A stretch of DNA of 64,000 bases from Escherichia coli (GTDB lineage Bacteria; Pseudomonadota; Gammaproteobacteria; Enterobacterales; Enterobacteriaceae): the NCBI RefSeq assembly GCF_044324785.1, contig NZ_CP172127.1. One strand, given 5' to 3'. This document shows, piece after piece, positions 49,080 through 63,286 of this stretch (its first letter is position 1; every line of letters begins with the position of its first letter). The translations under genes were made by a program, and so were the position numbers. The notes under the pieces were generated by a model that searched no databases, had not been told where the DNA came from, and worked only from the letters and a program-made list of their open reading frames with translations.

Positions 49080-50045
49080 ATGAAGCAGCAGGCAGGCATT
49101 GGCATTCTTTTGGCGCTCACCACAGCAATTTGCTGGGGGGCGTTGCCAATCGCAATGAAGCAGGTGCTGGAGGTGATGGAACCTCCGACAATCGTGTTTT
49201 ACCGTTTCTTGATGGCGAGTATTGGCCTTGGTGCCATTCTTGCGGTGAAGAAGAGGTTGCCGCCATTACGCGTGTTTCGTAAGCCACGCTGGTTGATTTT
49301 GTTGGCAGTGGCGACCGCCGGGCTGTTTGGGAACTTCATCCTGTTCAGCTCATCCTTGCAATACCTGAGTCCGACCGCTTCGCAGGTGATTGGGCAACTC
49401 TCGCCAGTTGGCATGATGGTTGCCAGCGTATTTATCCTGAAAGAGAAAATGCGCAGCACTCAGGTTGTAGGGGCATTGATGCTCCTGAGCGGGCTGGTGA
49501 TGTTTTTTAACACCAGTCTGGTCGAGATATTTACAAAGCTCACCGATTACACCTGGGGAGTTATCTTTGGGGTCGGTGCGGCGACGGTTTGGGTGAGTTA
49601 TGGCGTGGCGCAAAAGGTTTTATTGCGTCGGCTGGCCTCACCGCAGATCCTGTTTTTACTGTACACTTTATGTACAATTGCGCTCTTCCCTCTGGCAAAG
49701 CCTGGAGTGATAGCGCAGCTTAGCCACTGGCAGCTCGCATGTTTAATTTTTTGCGGACTGAATACCTTGGTAGGATATGGCGCCCTGGCGGAAGCGATGG
49801 CTCGCTGGCAGGCAGCGCAGGTGAGCGCGATCATCACGCTCACCCCACTGTTTACGCTGTTTTTTTCAGATCTTTTATCACTGGCCTGGCCCGATTTCTT
49901 CGCCAGACCGATGTTAAACCTTTTAGGTTATCTCGGTGCGTTTGTCGTGGTTGCGGGCGCGATGTATTCCGCCATTGGTCATCGTATTTGGGGCGGATTA
50001 CGTAAGCATACAACGGTGGTATCGCAACCCCGCGCAGGCGAATGA
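49080..50045 (+). CDS. yhbE: EamA/DMT-family inner-membrane transporter YhbE
   Basis: 321-aa polytopic membrane ORF between rpmA and obgE. Confidence 0.92.
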   Translation: MKQQAGIGILLALTTAICWGALPIAMKQVLEVMEPPTIVFYRFLMASIGLGAILAVKKRLPPLRVFRKPRWLILLAVATAGLFGNFILFSSSLQYLSPTASQVIGQLSPVGMMVASVFILKEKMRSTQVVGALMLLSGLVMFFNTSLVEIFTKLTDYTWGVIFGVGAATVWVSYGVAQKVLLRRLASPQILFLLYTLCTIALFPLAKPGVIAQLSHWQLACLIFCGLNTLVGYGALAEAMARWQAAQVSAIITLTPLFTLFFSDLLSLAWPDFFARPMLNLLGYLGAFVVVAGAMYSAIGHRIWGGLRKHTTVVSQPRAGE

Positions 50046-51233
<1,188 letters not shown>

Positions 51234-51242
51234 TCAGCAAAA

Positions 51243-51270
51243 CCCCGGCCATGTGCCGGGGTTTCTTTTT
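51243..51270. terminator. bidirectional terminator between obgE and dacB
   Basis: ccccggc-catgt-gccgggg stem-loop followed by tttcttttt; dacB stop immediately adjacent on the other strand. Confidence 0.8.
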
Positions 51271-51272
51271 GA

Positions 51273-52706
51273 CTAATTGTTCTGATAAATATCTTTATAC
51301 AAACGGCTTTCAAAACGCACTAACGGAATACGGCGATTACGCTGATCCGCCGGTTCTACTGCATAGCCAGAAAGATATTGCACAAACGCCATTCGTTGCC
51401 CGCTCGCTGTGGTAATGAATCCCGCCAGGTTATATACCCCCTGCAACGAACCGGTTTTCGCTGAGACTTTTCCATCCACGCCCGCCTGATGCAGACCTGC
51501 ACGGTACTGCAAAGAGCCGTCATAGCCCGCCAGCGGCAGCATGGAGATAAAGTTAAGTTCATTGTCGTGTTGGGCAATGTATTGCAGCACCTGCATCATG
51601 GTGGCGGGGGCAATCAGGTTATGCCGCGAAAGCCCTGAACCATCGGCAATAATGGTATTTCCAATATCGACACCGGCTTGCTGGCGCAGGATCTGACGCA
51701 CGGCGTCCGACCCGGCCCGCCATGTTCCAGGCACATTGAAGCGCGCATGGCCTATCATGCGGAAAACCGTATCGGCGATCATGTTGTCTGACTTTTTCAG
51801 CATAATCTTAAGCAGATCGTGCAGCGGGGCCGACTGTTTACTGGCAACTACCGTTCCAGGTTCGTTAACCTGAGTCTGGCGCAGCAGTGTTCCACTCCAG
51901 GTGATACCCGCCTGTTTTAACTCATCTTTCAGAATTGCACCGGCATAGCTGGCTCCATCCTGCACGGCAAAAGCCAACGGGAGCGGCTCAGAACGTTGTG
52001 GCAGGCATCCGGTCAGCGTAAAGCGGTTCAGGTCGCCTGGCACCACATCCAGCTCGCAATATTGCGCTTCGGCAGACCCACGGGGGAGGGTGCGTACCTG
52101 GCTGAACATCGTAACGGGGTAATAAGATGCCACGCGTATAAAAGCCATATCACCAGGTTTTTGGGCACTGTAGAGCGAGACGGAGAAACAGTTGCGGTCA
52201 ACTATGGCGGCGGCAGGCGGAGCGCTAAAGCATTGTGTCATGTCATTCCATGGCCAGCCGGGGGCTTTATCGTGGCTGGCGAAAATGGAGGTATCTATCA
52301 ACACATTGCCATCGATTTGGTTGACGCCAGATTTTTTCAAAGTCGCGACCATATTGCGAATATCCTGACGTTTTAACGTCGGATCGGCACCAAATCGCGC
52401 CACTAAGTCACCCTTAAGTACGCCGTTTTCCACATTGCCTTTGGTTTCAAGCGTCGTGGTAAAACGAAAATCGGGGCCGAGTTGAATCAACGCCGCCAGC
52501 GCAGTAATCACTTTCTGGGTACTGGCGGGCAGCGCCATCTGCTGACTGTGGTAATCAATAGCGGGGGCCGACGCGCCGACTTTTTGCACCATCAGGGCAA
52601 GGTTGGCACCAGCGGGGAGTTGAGTAATGTACTCATCAACATTTGCGGCCTGAACACTGAACGCTATACAGCTGGTCAATCCGATGATAAATCTGGAAAA
52701 TCGCAT
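51273..52706 (-). CDS. dacB: D-alanyl-D-alanine carboxypeptidase/endopeptidase PBP4
   Basis: 477-aa ORF with signal peptide and SxxK motif (STQK). Confidence 0.96.
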   Translation of the reverse strand: MRFSRFIIGLTSCIAFSVQAANVDEYITQLPAGANLALMVQKVGASAPAIDYHSQQMALPASTQKVITALAALIQLGPDFRFTTTLETKGNVENGVLKGDLVARFGADPTLKRQDIRNMVATLKKSGVNQIDGNVLIDTSIFASHDKAPGWPWNDMTQCFSAPPAAAIVDRNCFSVSLYSAQKPGDMAFIRVASYYPVTMFSQVRTLPRGSAEAQYCELDVVPGDLNRFTLTGCLPQRSEPLPLAFAVQDGASYAGAILKDELKQAGITWSGTLLRQTQVNEPGTVVASKQSAPLHDLLKIMLKKSDNMIADTVFRMIGHARFNVPGTWRAGSDAVRQILRQQAGVDIGNTIIADGSGLSRHNLIAPATMMQVLQYIAQHDNELNFISMLPLAGYDGSLQYRAGLHQAGVDGKVSAKTGSLQGVYNLAGFITTASGQRMAFVQYLSGYAVEPADQRNRRIPLVRFESRLYKDIYQNN

Positions 52707-52825
52707 AATCTCGCGCTAACAACCTGGAATCGAGCCGTCATACTACGGCGCAACGCCCTATAAAGTAAACGATGACCCTTCGGGAACTTCAGGGTAAAAT
52801 GACTATCAAAATGTGAATTGTAGCT

Positions 52826-52860
52826 GACCTGGGACTTGTACCCGGGTCGGTATTTTTTTG
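52826..52860 (+). terminator. intrinsic terminator inside greA leader (3' end of GraL leader sRNA)
   Basis: gacctggg-acttgta-cccgggtc stem-loop followed by ggtattttttt, about 95 nt upstream of greA ATG on the greA strand. Confidence 0.65.
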
Positions 52861-52953
52861 CTTCTGGTCCCGGTGAGGAGTTATGCCGGGCAGGCCGAAC
52901 AGCCGGGGTGGGTGAAGACTTGCCCCATCAGGAATATTCAAGAGGTATAACAA

Positions 52954-53430
<477 letters not shown>

Positions 53431-53474
53431 GAATTACCCAATACTCAAGATGTTGATGTATTGTAAAGAAAGGA

Positions 53475-53497
53475 AAAAGGCCGCTATGCGGCCTTTT
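53475..53497. terminator. bidirectional terminator between greA and yhbY
   Basis: aaaaggccg-ctatg-cggcctttt, perfect 9-bp stem with A/T tracts. Confidence 0.8.
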
Positions 53498-53585
53498 ATC
53501 AACGAACAGAGCGTGGCATTTTGCTCTCCTGCCTGCGGAAAACCCCTCGTTTTACACAGCAAATGTGTGTAACTTTAGGATAATC

Positions 53586-53879
53586 TTAGCGTGGCAGCGA
53601 GATTTTACGTTCTTTAGTTGGGCGATAAAGCACCAGCGTTTTACCGATGACCTGTACATTACAGGCGCCGGTTTCGCGCACGATAGCTTCCACGATCAAG
53701 GTTTTAGTTTCGCGATCTTCGGTGGCGATTTTCACCTTGATGAGTTCATGGTGCTCTAACGCTTGTTCAATCTCGGCCAGCACCCCTTCGGTCAAACCAT
53801 TACTGCCAAGCAGAACAACTGGCTTGAGCGGATGTGCCAGACCTTTCAGGTGCTGTTTTTGTTTAGTACTCAGATTCAT
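53586..53879 (-). CDS. yhbY: CRM-domain ribosome assembly RNA-binding protein YhbY
   Basis: 97-aa ORF MNLSTKQKQHLKGLAHPLKPVVLLG... Confidence 0.95.
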   Translation of the reverse strand: MNLSTKQKQHLKGLAHPLKPVVLLGSNGLTEGVLAEIEQALEHHELIKVKIATEDRETKTLIVEAIVRETGACNVQVIGKTLVLYRPTKERKISLPR

Positions 53880-54004
53880 CGTATTTTTTGCTTACGTTGG
53901 GATTGAAAACGGGTCATTCTACCGCCATCTCCCATATATCACCAAATAGGCGCGTAAAAATTTACGCAATTGGTTACGATGAGTTATCCCCATGGGAAAG
54001 TTAA

Positions 54005-54634
54005 ATGACAGGTAAGAAGCGTTCTGCCAGCTCCAGCCGCTGGCTTCAGGAACACTTTAGCGATAAATATGTTCAACAGGCACAGAAAAAGGGGTTACGT
54101 TCCCGTGCCTGGTTTAAACTTGATGAAATACAGCAAAGTGACAAACTCTTTAAACCGGGAATGACGGTTGTCGACCTTGGTGCTGCCCCGGGTGGTTGGT
54201 CACAATATGTGGTCACCCAAATTGGCGGCAAAGGCCGCATCATCGCTTGCGATCTTTTACCTATGGATCCTATCGTTGGTGTGGACTTTCTTCAGGGCGA
54301 TTTTCGTGATGAACTGGTGATGAAAGCACTGCTGGAGCGCGTTGGCGACAGCAAAGTCCAGGTTGTCATGTCCGATATGGCACCAAACATGAGCGGAACA
54401 CCGGCGGTGGATATCCCCCGTGCCATGTATCTGGTGGAACTGGCGCTAGAAATGTGTCGTGATGTATTAGCGCCAGGTGGCAGTTTTGTTGTGAAGGTGT
54501 TCCAGGGCGAAGGTTTCGATGAGTATCTAAGGGAAATTCGCTCCCTGTTTACGAAGGTCAAAGTTCGTAAGCCGGACTCTTCTCGTGCACGTTCGCGGGA
54601 AGTGTATATTGTAGCGACCGGGCGTAAACCCTAA
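54005..54634 (+). CDS. rlmE: 23S rRNA U2552 2'-O-methyltransferase RlmE (FtsJ/RrmJ)
   Basis: 209-aa ORF with SAM-binding [11 protein letters not shown]. Confidence 0.96.
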
Positions 54635-54733
54635 CCGGGAGATTTCAGACGAAAGTTTGAAAGATGCTGGATATAGAGTATCCTGACGCTGTTTTTAACA
54701 CAGTTGTAATAAGAGGTTAATCCCTTGAGTGAC

Positions 54734-56668
54734 ATGGCGAAAAACCTAATACTCTGGCTGGTCATTGCCGTTGTGCTGATGTCAGTATTCCAGAGCTTTG
54801 GGCCCAGCGAGTCTAATGGCCGTAAGGTGGATTACTCTACCTTCCTACAAGAGGTCAATAACGACCAGGTTCGTGAAGCGCGTATCAACGGACGTGAAAT
54901 CAACGTTACCAAGAAAGATAGTAACCGTTATACCACTTACATTCCGGTTCAGGATCCGAAATTACTGGATAACCTGTTGACCAAGAACGTCAAGGTTGTC
55001 GGTGAACCGCCTGAAGAACCAAGCCTGCTGGCTTCTATCTTCATCTCCTGGTTCCCGATGCTGTTGCTGATTGGTGTCTGGATCTTCTTCATGCGTCAAA
55101 TGCAAGGCGGCGGTGGCAAAGGTGCCATGTCGTTTGGTAAGAGCAAAGCGCGCATGCTGACGGAAGATCAGATCAAAACGACCTTTGCTGACGTTGCGGG
55201 CTGCGACGAAGCAAAAGAAGAAGTTGCTGAACTGGTAGAGTATCTGCGCGAGCCGAGCCGCTTCCAGAAACTCGGCGGTAAGATCCCGAAAGGCGTCCTG
55301 ATGGTCGGTCCTCCGGGTACCGGTAAAACGCTGCTGGCGAAAGCGATTGCAGGCGAAGCAAAAGTTCCGTTCTTTACTATCTCCGGTTCTGACTTCGTAG
55401 AAATGTTCGTCGGTGTGGGTGCATCCCGTGTTCGTGACATGTTCGAACAGGCGAAGAAAGCGGCACCGTGCATCATCTTTATCGATGAAATCGACGCCGT
55501 AGGCCGCCAGCGTGGCGCAGGTCTGGGCGGTGGTCACGATGAACGTGAACAGACTCTGAACCAGATGCTGGTTGAGATGGATGGCTTCGAAGGTAACGAA
55601 GGTATCATCGTTATCGCCGCAACTAACCGTCCGGACGTTCTCGACCCGGCCCTGCTGCGTCCTGGCCGTTTCGACCGTCAGGTTGTGGTTGGCTTGCCAG
55701 ATGTTCGCGGTCGTGAGCAGATCCTGAAAGTTCACATGCGTCGCGTACCATTGGCACCCGATATCGACGCGGCAATCATTGCCCGTGGTACTCCTGGTTT
55801 CTCCGGTGCTGACCTGGCGAACCTGGTGAACGAAGCTGCACTGTTCGCTGCTCGTGGCAACAAACGCGTTGTGTCGATGGTTGAGTTCGAGAAAGCGAAA
55901 GACAAAATCATGATGGGTGCGGAACGTCGCTCCATGGTGATGACGGAAGCGCAGAAAGAATCGACGGCTTACCACGAAGCGGGTCATGCGATTATCGGTC
56001 GCCTGGTGCCGGAACACGATCCGGTGCACAAAGTGACGATTATCCCACGCGGTCGTGCGCTGGGTGTGACTTTCTTCTTGCCTGAGGGCGACGCAATCAG
56101 CGCCAGCCGTCAGAAACTGGAAAGCCAGATTTCTACGCTGTACGGTGGTCGTCTGGCAGAAGAGATCATCTACGGGCCGGAACATGTTTCTACCGGTGCG
56201 TCCAACGATATTAAAGTTGCGACCAACCTGGCACGTAACATGGTGACTCAGTGGGGCTTCTCTGAGAAATTGGGTCCACTGCTGTACGCGGAAGAAGAAG
56301 GTGAAGTGTTCCTCGGCCGTAGCGTAGCGAAAGCGAAACATATGTCTGATGAAACTGCACGTATCATCGACCAGGAAGTGAAAGCACTGATTGAGCGTAA
56401 CTATAATCGTGCGCGTCAGCTTCTGACCGACAATATGGATATTCTGCATGCGATGAAAGATGCTCTCATGAAATATGAGACTATCGACGCACCGCAGATT
56501 GATGACCTGATGGCACGTCGCGATGTACGTCCGCCAGCGGGCTGGGAAGAACCAGGCGCTTCTAACAATTCTGGCGACAATGGTAGTCCAAAGGCTCCAC
56601 GTCCGGTTGATGAACCGCGTACGCCGAACCCGGGTAACACCATGTCAGAGCAGTTAGGCGACAAGTAA
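54734..56668 (+). CDS. ftsH: ATP-dependent zinc metalloprotease FtsH (HflB)
   Basis: ORF 54725..56668 begins at TTG; ATG 54734 ([15 protein letters not shown]) gives 644 aa; Walker A GPPGTGKT, zinc motif HEAGH. Confidence 0.96.
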
Positions 56669-56700
56669 GTTCCCGCATCAGATGACTGTATTTGTACCGA

Positions 56701-56730
56701 AAACCCCGGGGCGTGCTCCGGGGTTTTTTC
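56701..56730 (+). terminator. intrinsic terminator/attenuator after ftsH
   Basis: aaaccccgg...ccggggttttttc GC stem-loop and T-run. Confidence 0.8.
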
Positions 56731-56757
56731 TTATCAATTCATACCAGGGATAACATC

Positions 56758-57606
56758 ATGAAACTCTTTGCCCAGGGTACTTCACTGGACCTTAGCCATC
56801 CTCACGTAATGGGGATCCTCAACGTCACGCCTGATTCCTTTTCGGATGGCGGCACGCATAACTCGCTGATAGATGCCGTGAAACATGCGAATCTGATGAT
56901 CAACGCTGGCGCGACGATCATTGACGTTGGTGGCGAGTCCACGCGCCCAGGAGCGGCGGAAGTTAGCGTTGAAGAAGAGTTGCAACGTGTTATTCCTGTG
57001 GTTGAGGCAATTGCTCAACGCTTCGAAGTCTGGATCTCGGTCGATACATCCAAACCAGAAGTCATCCGTGAGTCAGCGAAAGTTGGCGCTCACATTATTA
57101 ACGATATCCGCTCCCTTTCCGAACCAGGGGCTCTGGAGGCAGCTGCAGAAACCGGTTTACCGGTTTGTCTGATGCATATGCAGGGAAATCCAAAGACCAT
57201 GCAGGAAGCCCCGAAGTATGACGATGTCTTTGCAGAAGTGAATCGCTATTTTATTGAGCAAATAGCACGTTGCGAGCAGGCGGGTATCGCAAAAGAGAAA
57301 TTGTTGCTCGACCCCGGATTCGGTTTCGGTAAAAATCTCTCCCATAACTATTCATTACTGGCGCGCCTGGCTGAATTTCACCATTTCAACCTGCCGCTGT
57401 TGGTGGGTATGTCACGAAAATCGATGATTGGGCAGCTGCTGAACGTGGGGCCGTCCGAGCGTCTGAGCGGTAGTCTGGCTTGTGCGGTCATTGCCGCTAT
57501 GCAAGGCGCGCATATCATTCGTGTTCATGACGTCAAAGAAACCGTAGAAGCGATGCGGGTGGTGGAAGCCACTCTGTCTGCAAAGGAAAACAAACGCTAT
57601 GAGTAA
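56758..57606 (+). CDS. folP: dihydropteroate synthase
   Basis: ORF 56692..57606 trimmed to ATG 56758 ([32 protein letters not shown]), 282 aa. Confidence 0.95.
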
Positions 57607-58936
57607 TCGTAAATATTTCGGTACCGATGGGATTCGTGGTCGTGTAGGGGATGCGCCGATCACCCCTGATTTTGTGCTTAAGCTGGGTTGGGCCGCGGGT
57701 AAAGTGCTGGCGCGCCACGGCTCCCGTAAGATCATTATTGGTAAAGACACGCGTATTTCTGGCTATATGCTGGAGTCAGCACTGGAAGCGGGTCTGGCGG
57801 CTGCGGGCCTTTCCGCACTCTTCACTGGTCCGATGCCAACACCGGCCGTGGCTTATCTGACGCGTACCTTCCGCGCAGAGGCCGGAATTGTGATATCTGC
57901 ATCGCATAACCCGTTCTACGATAATGGCATTAAATTTTTCTCTATCGACGGCACCAAACTACCGGATGCAGTAGAAGAGGCCATCGAAGCGGAAATGGAA
58001 AAAGAGATCAGCTGTGTTGATTCGGCAGAACTGGGTAAAGCCAGCCGTATCGTTGATGCTGCGGGTCGCTATATCGAGTTTTGCAAAGCCACGTTCCCGA
58101 ACGAACTTAGCCTCAGTGAACTGAAGATTGTGGTGGATTGTGCAAATGGTGCGACTTATCACATCGCGCCGAACGTGCTGCGCGAACTGGGGGCGAATGT
58201 TATCGCTATCGGTTGTGAGCCGAACGGTGTGAACATCAATGCCGAAGTGGGGGCTACCGACGTTCGCGCGCTCCAGGCTCGTGTGCTGGCTGAAAAAGCG
58301 GATCTCGGTATTGCCTTCGACGGCGACGGCGATCGCGTGATTATGGTTGACCATGAAGGCAATAAAGTCGATGGCGATCAGATCATGTATATCATCGCGC
58401 GTGAAGGTCTTCGTCAGGGCCAGCTGCGTGGTGGCGCTGTGGGTACATTGATGAGCAACATGGGGCTTGAACTGGCGCTGAAACAGTTAGGAATTCCATT
58501 TGCGCGCGCGAAAGTGGGTGACCGCTACGTACTGGAAAAAATGCAGGAGAAAGGCTGGCGTATCGGTGCAGAGAATTCCGGTCATGTGATCCTGCTGGAT
58601 AAAACCACTACCGGTGACGGCATCGTTGCTGGCTTGCAGGTGCTGGCGGCGATGGCACGTAACCATATGAGCCTGCACGATCTTTGCAGCGGCATGAAAA
58701 TGTTCCCGCAGATTCTGGTTAACGTGCGTTACACCGCAGGTAGCGGCGATCCGCTGGAGCATGAATCAGTCAAAGCTGTGACCGCAGAAGTTGAAGCGGC
58801 GCTGGGTAGCCGTGGACGTGTGCTGTTGCGTAAATCCGGCACCGAACCGTTAATTCGCGTGATGGTGGAAGGCGAAGACGAAGCGCAGGTGACTGAATTT
58901 GCACACCGTATCGCCGATGCAGTAAAAGCCGTTTAA
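57599..58936 (+). CDS. glmM: phosphoglucosamine mutase
   Basis: 445-aa ORF with active-site SASHNP; 8-nt overlap with folP. Confidence 0.97.
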   Translation: MSNRKYFGTDGIRGRVGDAPITPDFVLKLGWAAGKVLARHGSRKIIIGKDTRISGYMLESALEAGLAAAGLSALFTGPMPTPAVAYLTRTFRAEAGIVISASHNPFYDNGIKFFSIDGTKLPDAVEEAIEAEMEKEISCVDSAELGKASRIVDAAGRYIEFCKATFPNELSLSELKIVVDCANGATYHIAPNVLRELGANVIAIGCEPNGVNINAEVGATDVRALQARVLAEKADLGIAFDGDGDRVIMVDHEGNKVDGDQIMYIIAREGLRQGQLRGGAVGTLMSNMGLELALKQLGIPFARAKVGDRYVLEKMQEKGWRIGAENSGHVILLDKTTTGDGIVAGLQVLAAMARNHMSLHDLCSGMKMFPQILVNVRYTAGSGDPLEHESVKAVTAEVEAALGSRGRVLLRKSGTEPLIRVMVEGEDEAQVTEFAHRIADAVKAV

Positions 58937-58954
58937 AGCGTTAGATAACTGGCT

Positions 58955-58983
58955 AAAAAGGCGGCGATTGTCGCCTTTTTTCT
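58955..58983 (+). terminator. intrinsic terminator after glmM
   Basis: aaaaaggcg-gcgattgt-cgccttttt stem-loop and T-run. Confidence 0.8.
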
Positions 58984-59163
58984 CAGCGAACACATCAGTT
59001 TTGCTGTTTTTTTCCGCAGTTGATACAATGCAATAAAATTGCCCTTGCGAAGGTCATTCGCTTTGGTTAGTATTCACACCCGCTTCAGTGGGAAAGATTA
59101 AAAACTCCCGCTTTATTGGTTGAAGCATTGGTACGCGGCAACTCCGCAAGGAACAGGTTGATT

Positions 59164-59496
59164 ATGTACGAAGCTCTTTTAGTAGTTTTCCTTATTGTGG
59201 CAATTGGCCTTGTTGGTCTGATCATGCTGCAGCAAGGTAAAGGCGCTGATATGGGAGCCTCCTTCGGAGCAGGCGCTTCCGCTACGCTGTTTGGTTCAAG
59301 TGGTTCTGGTAACTTCATGACCCGCATGACGGCGCTGCTGGCAACGTTATTCTTCATCATCAGTCTGGTGCTGGGTAACATCAATAGCAATAAAACCAAT
59401 AAAGGTAGCGAATGGGAAAACCTGAGTGCGCCGGCGAAAACCGAACAAACTCAGCCAGCTGCTCCGGCTAAGCCGACCAGCGATATCCCGAACTAA
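59164..59496 (+). CDS. secG: protein translocase subunit SecG
   Basis: ORF 59116..59496 trimmed to ATG 59164 (MYEALLVVFLIVAIGLVGLIMLQQGKGADMGASFG), 110 aa. Confidence 0.95.
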   Translation: MYEALLVVFLIVAIGLVGLIMLQQGKGADMGASFGAGASATLFGSSGSGNFMTRMTALLATLFFIISLVLGNINSNKTNKGSEWENLSAPAKTEQTQPAAPAKPTSDIPN

Positions 59497-59510
59497 AAAG
59501 TAGTATCCGT

Positions 59511-59597
59511 GCCGAGGTGGTGGAATTGGTAGACACGCTACCTTGAGGTGGTAGTGCCCAATAGGGCTTACGGGTTCAAGTCCCGTCCTCGGTACCA
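59511..59597 (+). tRNA. leuU: tRNA-Leu (anticodon GAG)
   Basis: 87-nt sequence gccgaggtgg...ccttGAGgtgg...gggttcaagtcccgtcctcggtacca with long variable arm and acceptor-stem complementarity; 14 nt after secG. Confidence 0.93.
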
Positions 59598-59604
59598 AAT
59601 TCCA

Positions 59605-59640
59605 GAAAAGAGACGCTGAAAAGCTTCTCTTTTCGTTTTG
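59605..59640 (+). terminator. intrinsic terminator after leuU
   Basis: gaaaagaga (59605-59613) pairs with tctcttttc (59626-59634), followed by gttttg. Confidence 0.65.
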
Positions 59641-60055
59641 GTCCTGGTCTGAGGAATGGTTGTCAGATATCTGTATCTCGTCCAGTTGCTTTACTCGTAG
59701 CTGGTACCTTGAAACGATGGTGCCGGTACGCCTTAGTTATAAACTTTTCCCTTCTGCTGACATAATTGGCACTTTATTGTGTCAACTCCAGTTCCGGTAC
59801 GAATACGGATATGTTTACTTCTCGATAAACCATCCTGCTCCTGTCAGTATAACTACTGATGGCTACGTTCTGCGTAATGTTTAGAGACGCATTGATAATG
59901 TTATTTAATTACTGAGAACGCAATGGCCGCATCATTTAAAAAGAAAAAACTAACAGTGTTTCGTTCTGATATGGATCAGAGTTGAAAAACATGTCTGATA
60001 TAAAATTGAACATTGTTGATAATTGTTTATATTGGTTGTGAACTTGGATTTCTGG

Positions 60056-61681
60056 ATGACAGTATTCAACAAATTTGTTAGAAGTTTTAAATCTCATTGG
60101 TTGTTGTATCTTTGTGTTATTGTTTTTGGTATTACGAACTTAGTCGCCTCTTCCGGAGCGCATATGGTTCAGCGATTGCTGTTCTTCGTCCTGACCATCC
60201 TGGTTGTTAAACGTATATCATCCCTTCCGCTTCGCCTGCTTGTTGCCGCACCATTTGTGTTACTGACTGCGGCAGACATGAGTATTAGCCTCTATTCATG
60301 GTGTACCTTTGGTACAACTTTCAATGATGGATTTGCGATTAGTGTGCTCCAGAGTGATCCGGATGAAGTTGTCAAAATGCTGGGGATGTATATCCCTTAT
60401 CTATGTGCTTTTGCCTTTTTATCCCTTCTTTTTTTGGCAGTAATAATAAAATATGATGTTTCCTTGCCGACGAAAAAAGTGACAGGAATATTATTGCTGA
60501 TTGTCATTTCGGGCAGTTTATTTTCCGCTTGTCAATTTGCTTATAAAGATGCAAAAAATAAAAAAGCGTTCAGTCCATATATACTAGCGTCGCGATTTGC
60601 TACCTATACACCGTTTTTCAATCTCAATTATTTTGCTTTAGCAGCGAAAGAGCATCAAAGATTACTCTCAATTGCAAACACGGTGCCGTATTTTCAATTA
60701 TCAGTCAGGGATACAGGTATTGATACCTACGTGTTGATTGTGGGGGAGTCTGTACGTGTCGACAATATGTCTTTGTATGGATATACACGCTCTACGACAC
60801 CGCAAGTCGAAGCACAAAGAAAACAGATCAAACTGTTTAATCAAGCAATAAGCGGTGCACCTTACACTGCGCTGTCGGTTCCCCTTTCTTTAACTGCTGA
60901 TTCCGTTTTGAGTCATGACATTCATAATTACCCCGACAACATTATTAATATGGCTAATCAAGCAGGATTTCAGACTTTCTGGCTAAGCTCGCAATCCGCT
61001 TTTCGGCAGAATGGTACAGCAGTTACCAGTATCGCCATGCGCGCCATGGAAACAGTCTATGTCAGAGGATTTGATGAATTGTTGTTGCCGCATTTATCGC
61101 AAGCGTTACAGCAAAAGACGCAGCAAAAGAAACTGATTGTTCTTCATTTAAATGGAAGCCATGAACCGGCTTGTAGCGCCTATCCGCAATCCAGCGCCGT
61201 GTTTCAACCGCAGGACGATCAGGATGCCTGCTATGACAACTCCATTCATTACACAGATAGTTTGCTAGGTCAGGTTTTTGAATTATTAAAAGATCGCCGC
61301 GCCTCGGTCATGTATTTTGCCGACCACGGCCTGGAACGCGACCCTACGAAGAAGAACGTCTATTTTCATGGAGGCAGGGAGGCCAGCCAGCAGGCATATC
61401 ATGTCCCGATGTTTATCTGGTATAGCCCCGTTCTTGGGGATGGCGTGGATCGCACAACGGAAAACGATATCTTTTCCACTGCGTACAATAATTACCTTAT
61501 TAATGCGTGGATGGGGGTAACAAAGCCGGAACAGCCGCAAACGCTGGAGGAAGTGATTGCACACTATAAAGGAGACTCACGGGTTGTAGATGCAAACCAT
61601 GATGTTTTCGATTTTGTGATGCTAAGAAAGGAGTTTACTGAGGATAAGCAAGGTAACCCCACCCCTGAAGGGCAGGGTTGA
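60056..61681 (+). CDS. yhbX: phosphoethanolamine-transferase-family (EptA/EptB-like) inner-membrane sulfatase-fold protein YhbX
   Basis: ORF 60023..61681 begins at TTG; first ATG 60056 (MTVFNKFVRSFKSHW) gives 541 aa; N-terminal TM helices then sulfatase-like domain. Confidence 0.88.
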   Translation: MTVFNKFVRSFKSHWLLYLCVIVFGITNLVASSGAHMVQRLLFFVLTILVVKRISSLPLRLLVAAPFVLLTAADMSISLYSWCTFGTTFNDGFAISVLQSDPDEVVKMLGMYIPYLCAFAFLSLLFLAVIIKYDVSLPTKKVTGILLLIVISGSLFSACQFAYKDAKNKKAFSPYILASRFATYTPFFNLNYFALAAKEHQRLLSIANTVPYFQLSVRDTGIDTYVLIVGESVRVDNMSLYGYTRSTTPQVEAQRKQIKLFNQAISGAPYTALSVPLSLTADSVLSHDIHNYPDNIINMANQAGFQTFWLSSQSAFRQNGTAVTSIAMRAMETVYVRGFDELLLPHLSQALQQKTQQKKLIVLHLNGSHEPACSAYPQSSAVFQPQDDQDACYDNSIHYTDSLLGQVFELLKDRRASVMYFADHGLERDPTKKNVYFHGGREASQQAYHVPMFIWYSPVLGDGVDRTTENDIFSTAYNNYLINAWMGVTKPEQPQTLEEVIAHYKGDSRVVDANHDVFDFVMLRKEFTEDKQGNPTPEGQG

Positions 61682-61688
61682 TGTCGAA

Positions 61689-63047
<1,359 letters not shown>

Positions 63048-63079
63048 TTAATTAACTGATGATGAGCCTGGATTTCCGC

Positions 63080-63240
63080 TCTCACTGAATTTTTATGCAA
63101 AATAAATGAGTTTTCATTTAATCATCTTTTATCGGAGACAGGAAGAGTTTAGTGTGTTTTTTGTAAAATAATGCGCTTAAGGGGGATCAGGAGAAGGCAA
63201 AAGTATTCAACAAATGAAAGTGAACTGGATATTCATTCAC
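63080..63240 (-). promoter_or_regulatory. argG promoter/operator region with ARG-box-like palindromes
   Basis: AT-rich near-palindromes resembling the ArgR box (TGAAT-N4-ATTCA), e.g. ctgaatttttatgcaa near 63084 and tggatattcattca near 63226; positions approximate. Confidence 0.4.
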
Positions 63241-63256
63241 GTGATTAGCAATAAAC

Positions 63257-63286
63257 GTTGACAAAATGTGGCGTGGATCACTATAA
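63257..63286 (+). promoter_or_regulatory. sigma70 promoter of the metY-rimP-nusA-infB operon
   Basis: Consensus -35 TTGACA (63257-63262) and -10 TATAAT (63281-63286) with 18-nt spacer, about 95 nt upstream of metY. Confidence 0.75.

Noticed and set aside
54962-56449. 495-aa stop-free ORF antisense to ftsH
   Set aside because: It lies in the codon-aligned antisense frame of ftsH, where stops arise only from sense TTA/CTA/TCA codons, which are rare in well-expressed E. coli genes; it has no start context of its own and is fully contained in a conserved gene. Judged a codon-usage artefact.
59347-59598. 83-aa ORF on minus strand overlapping leuU
   Set aside because: Overlaps a clear tRNA-Leu gene and its terminator; the tRNA explains the sequence.
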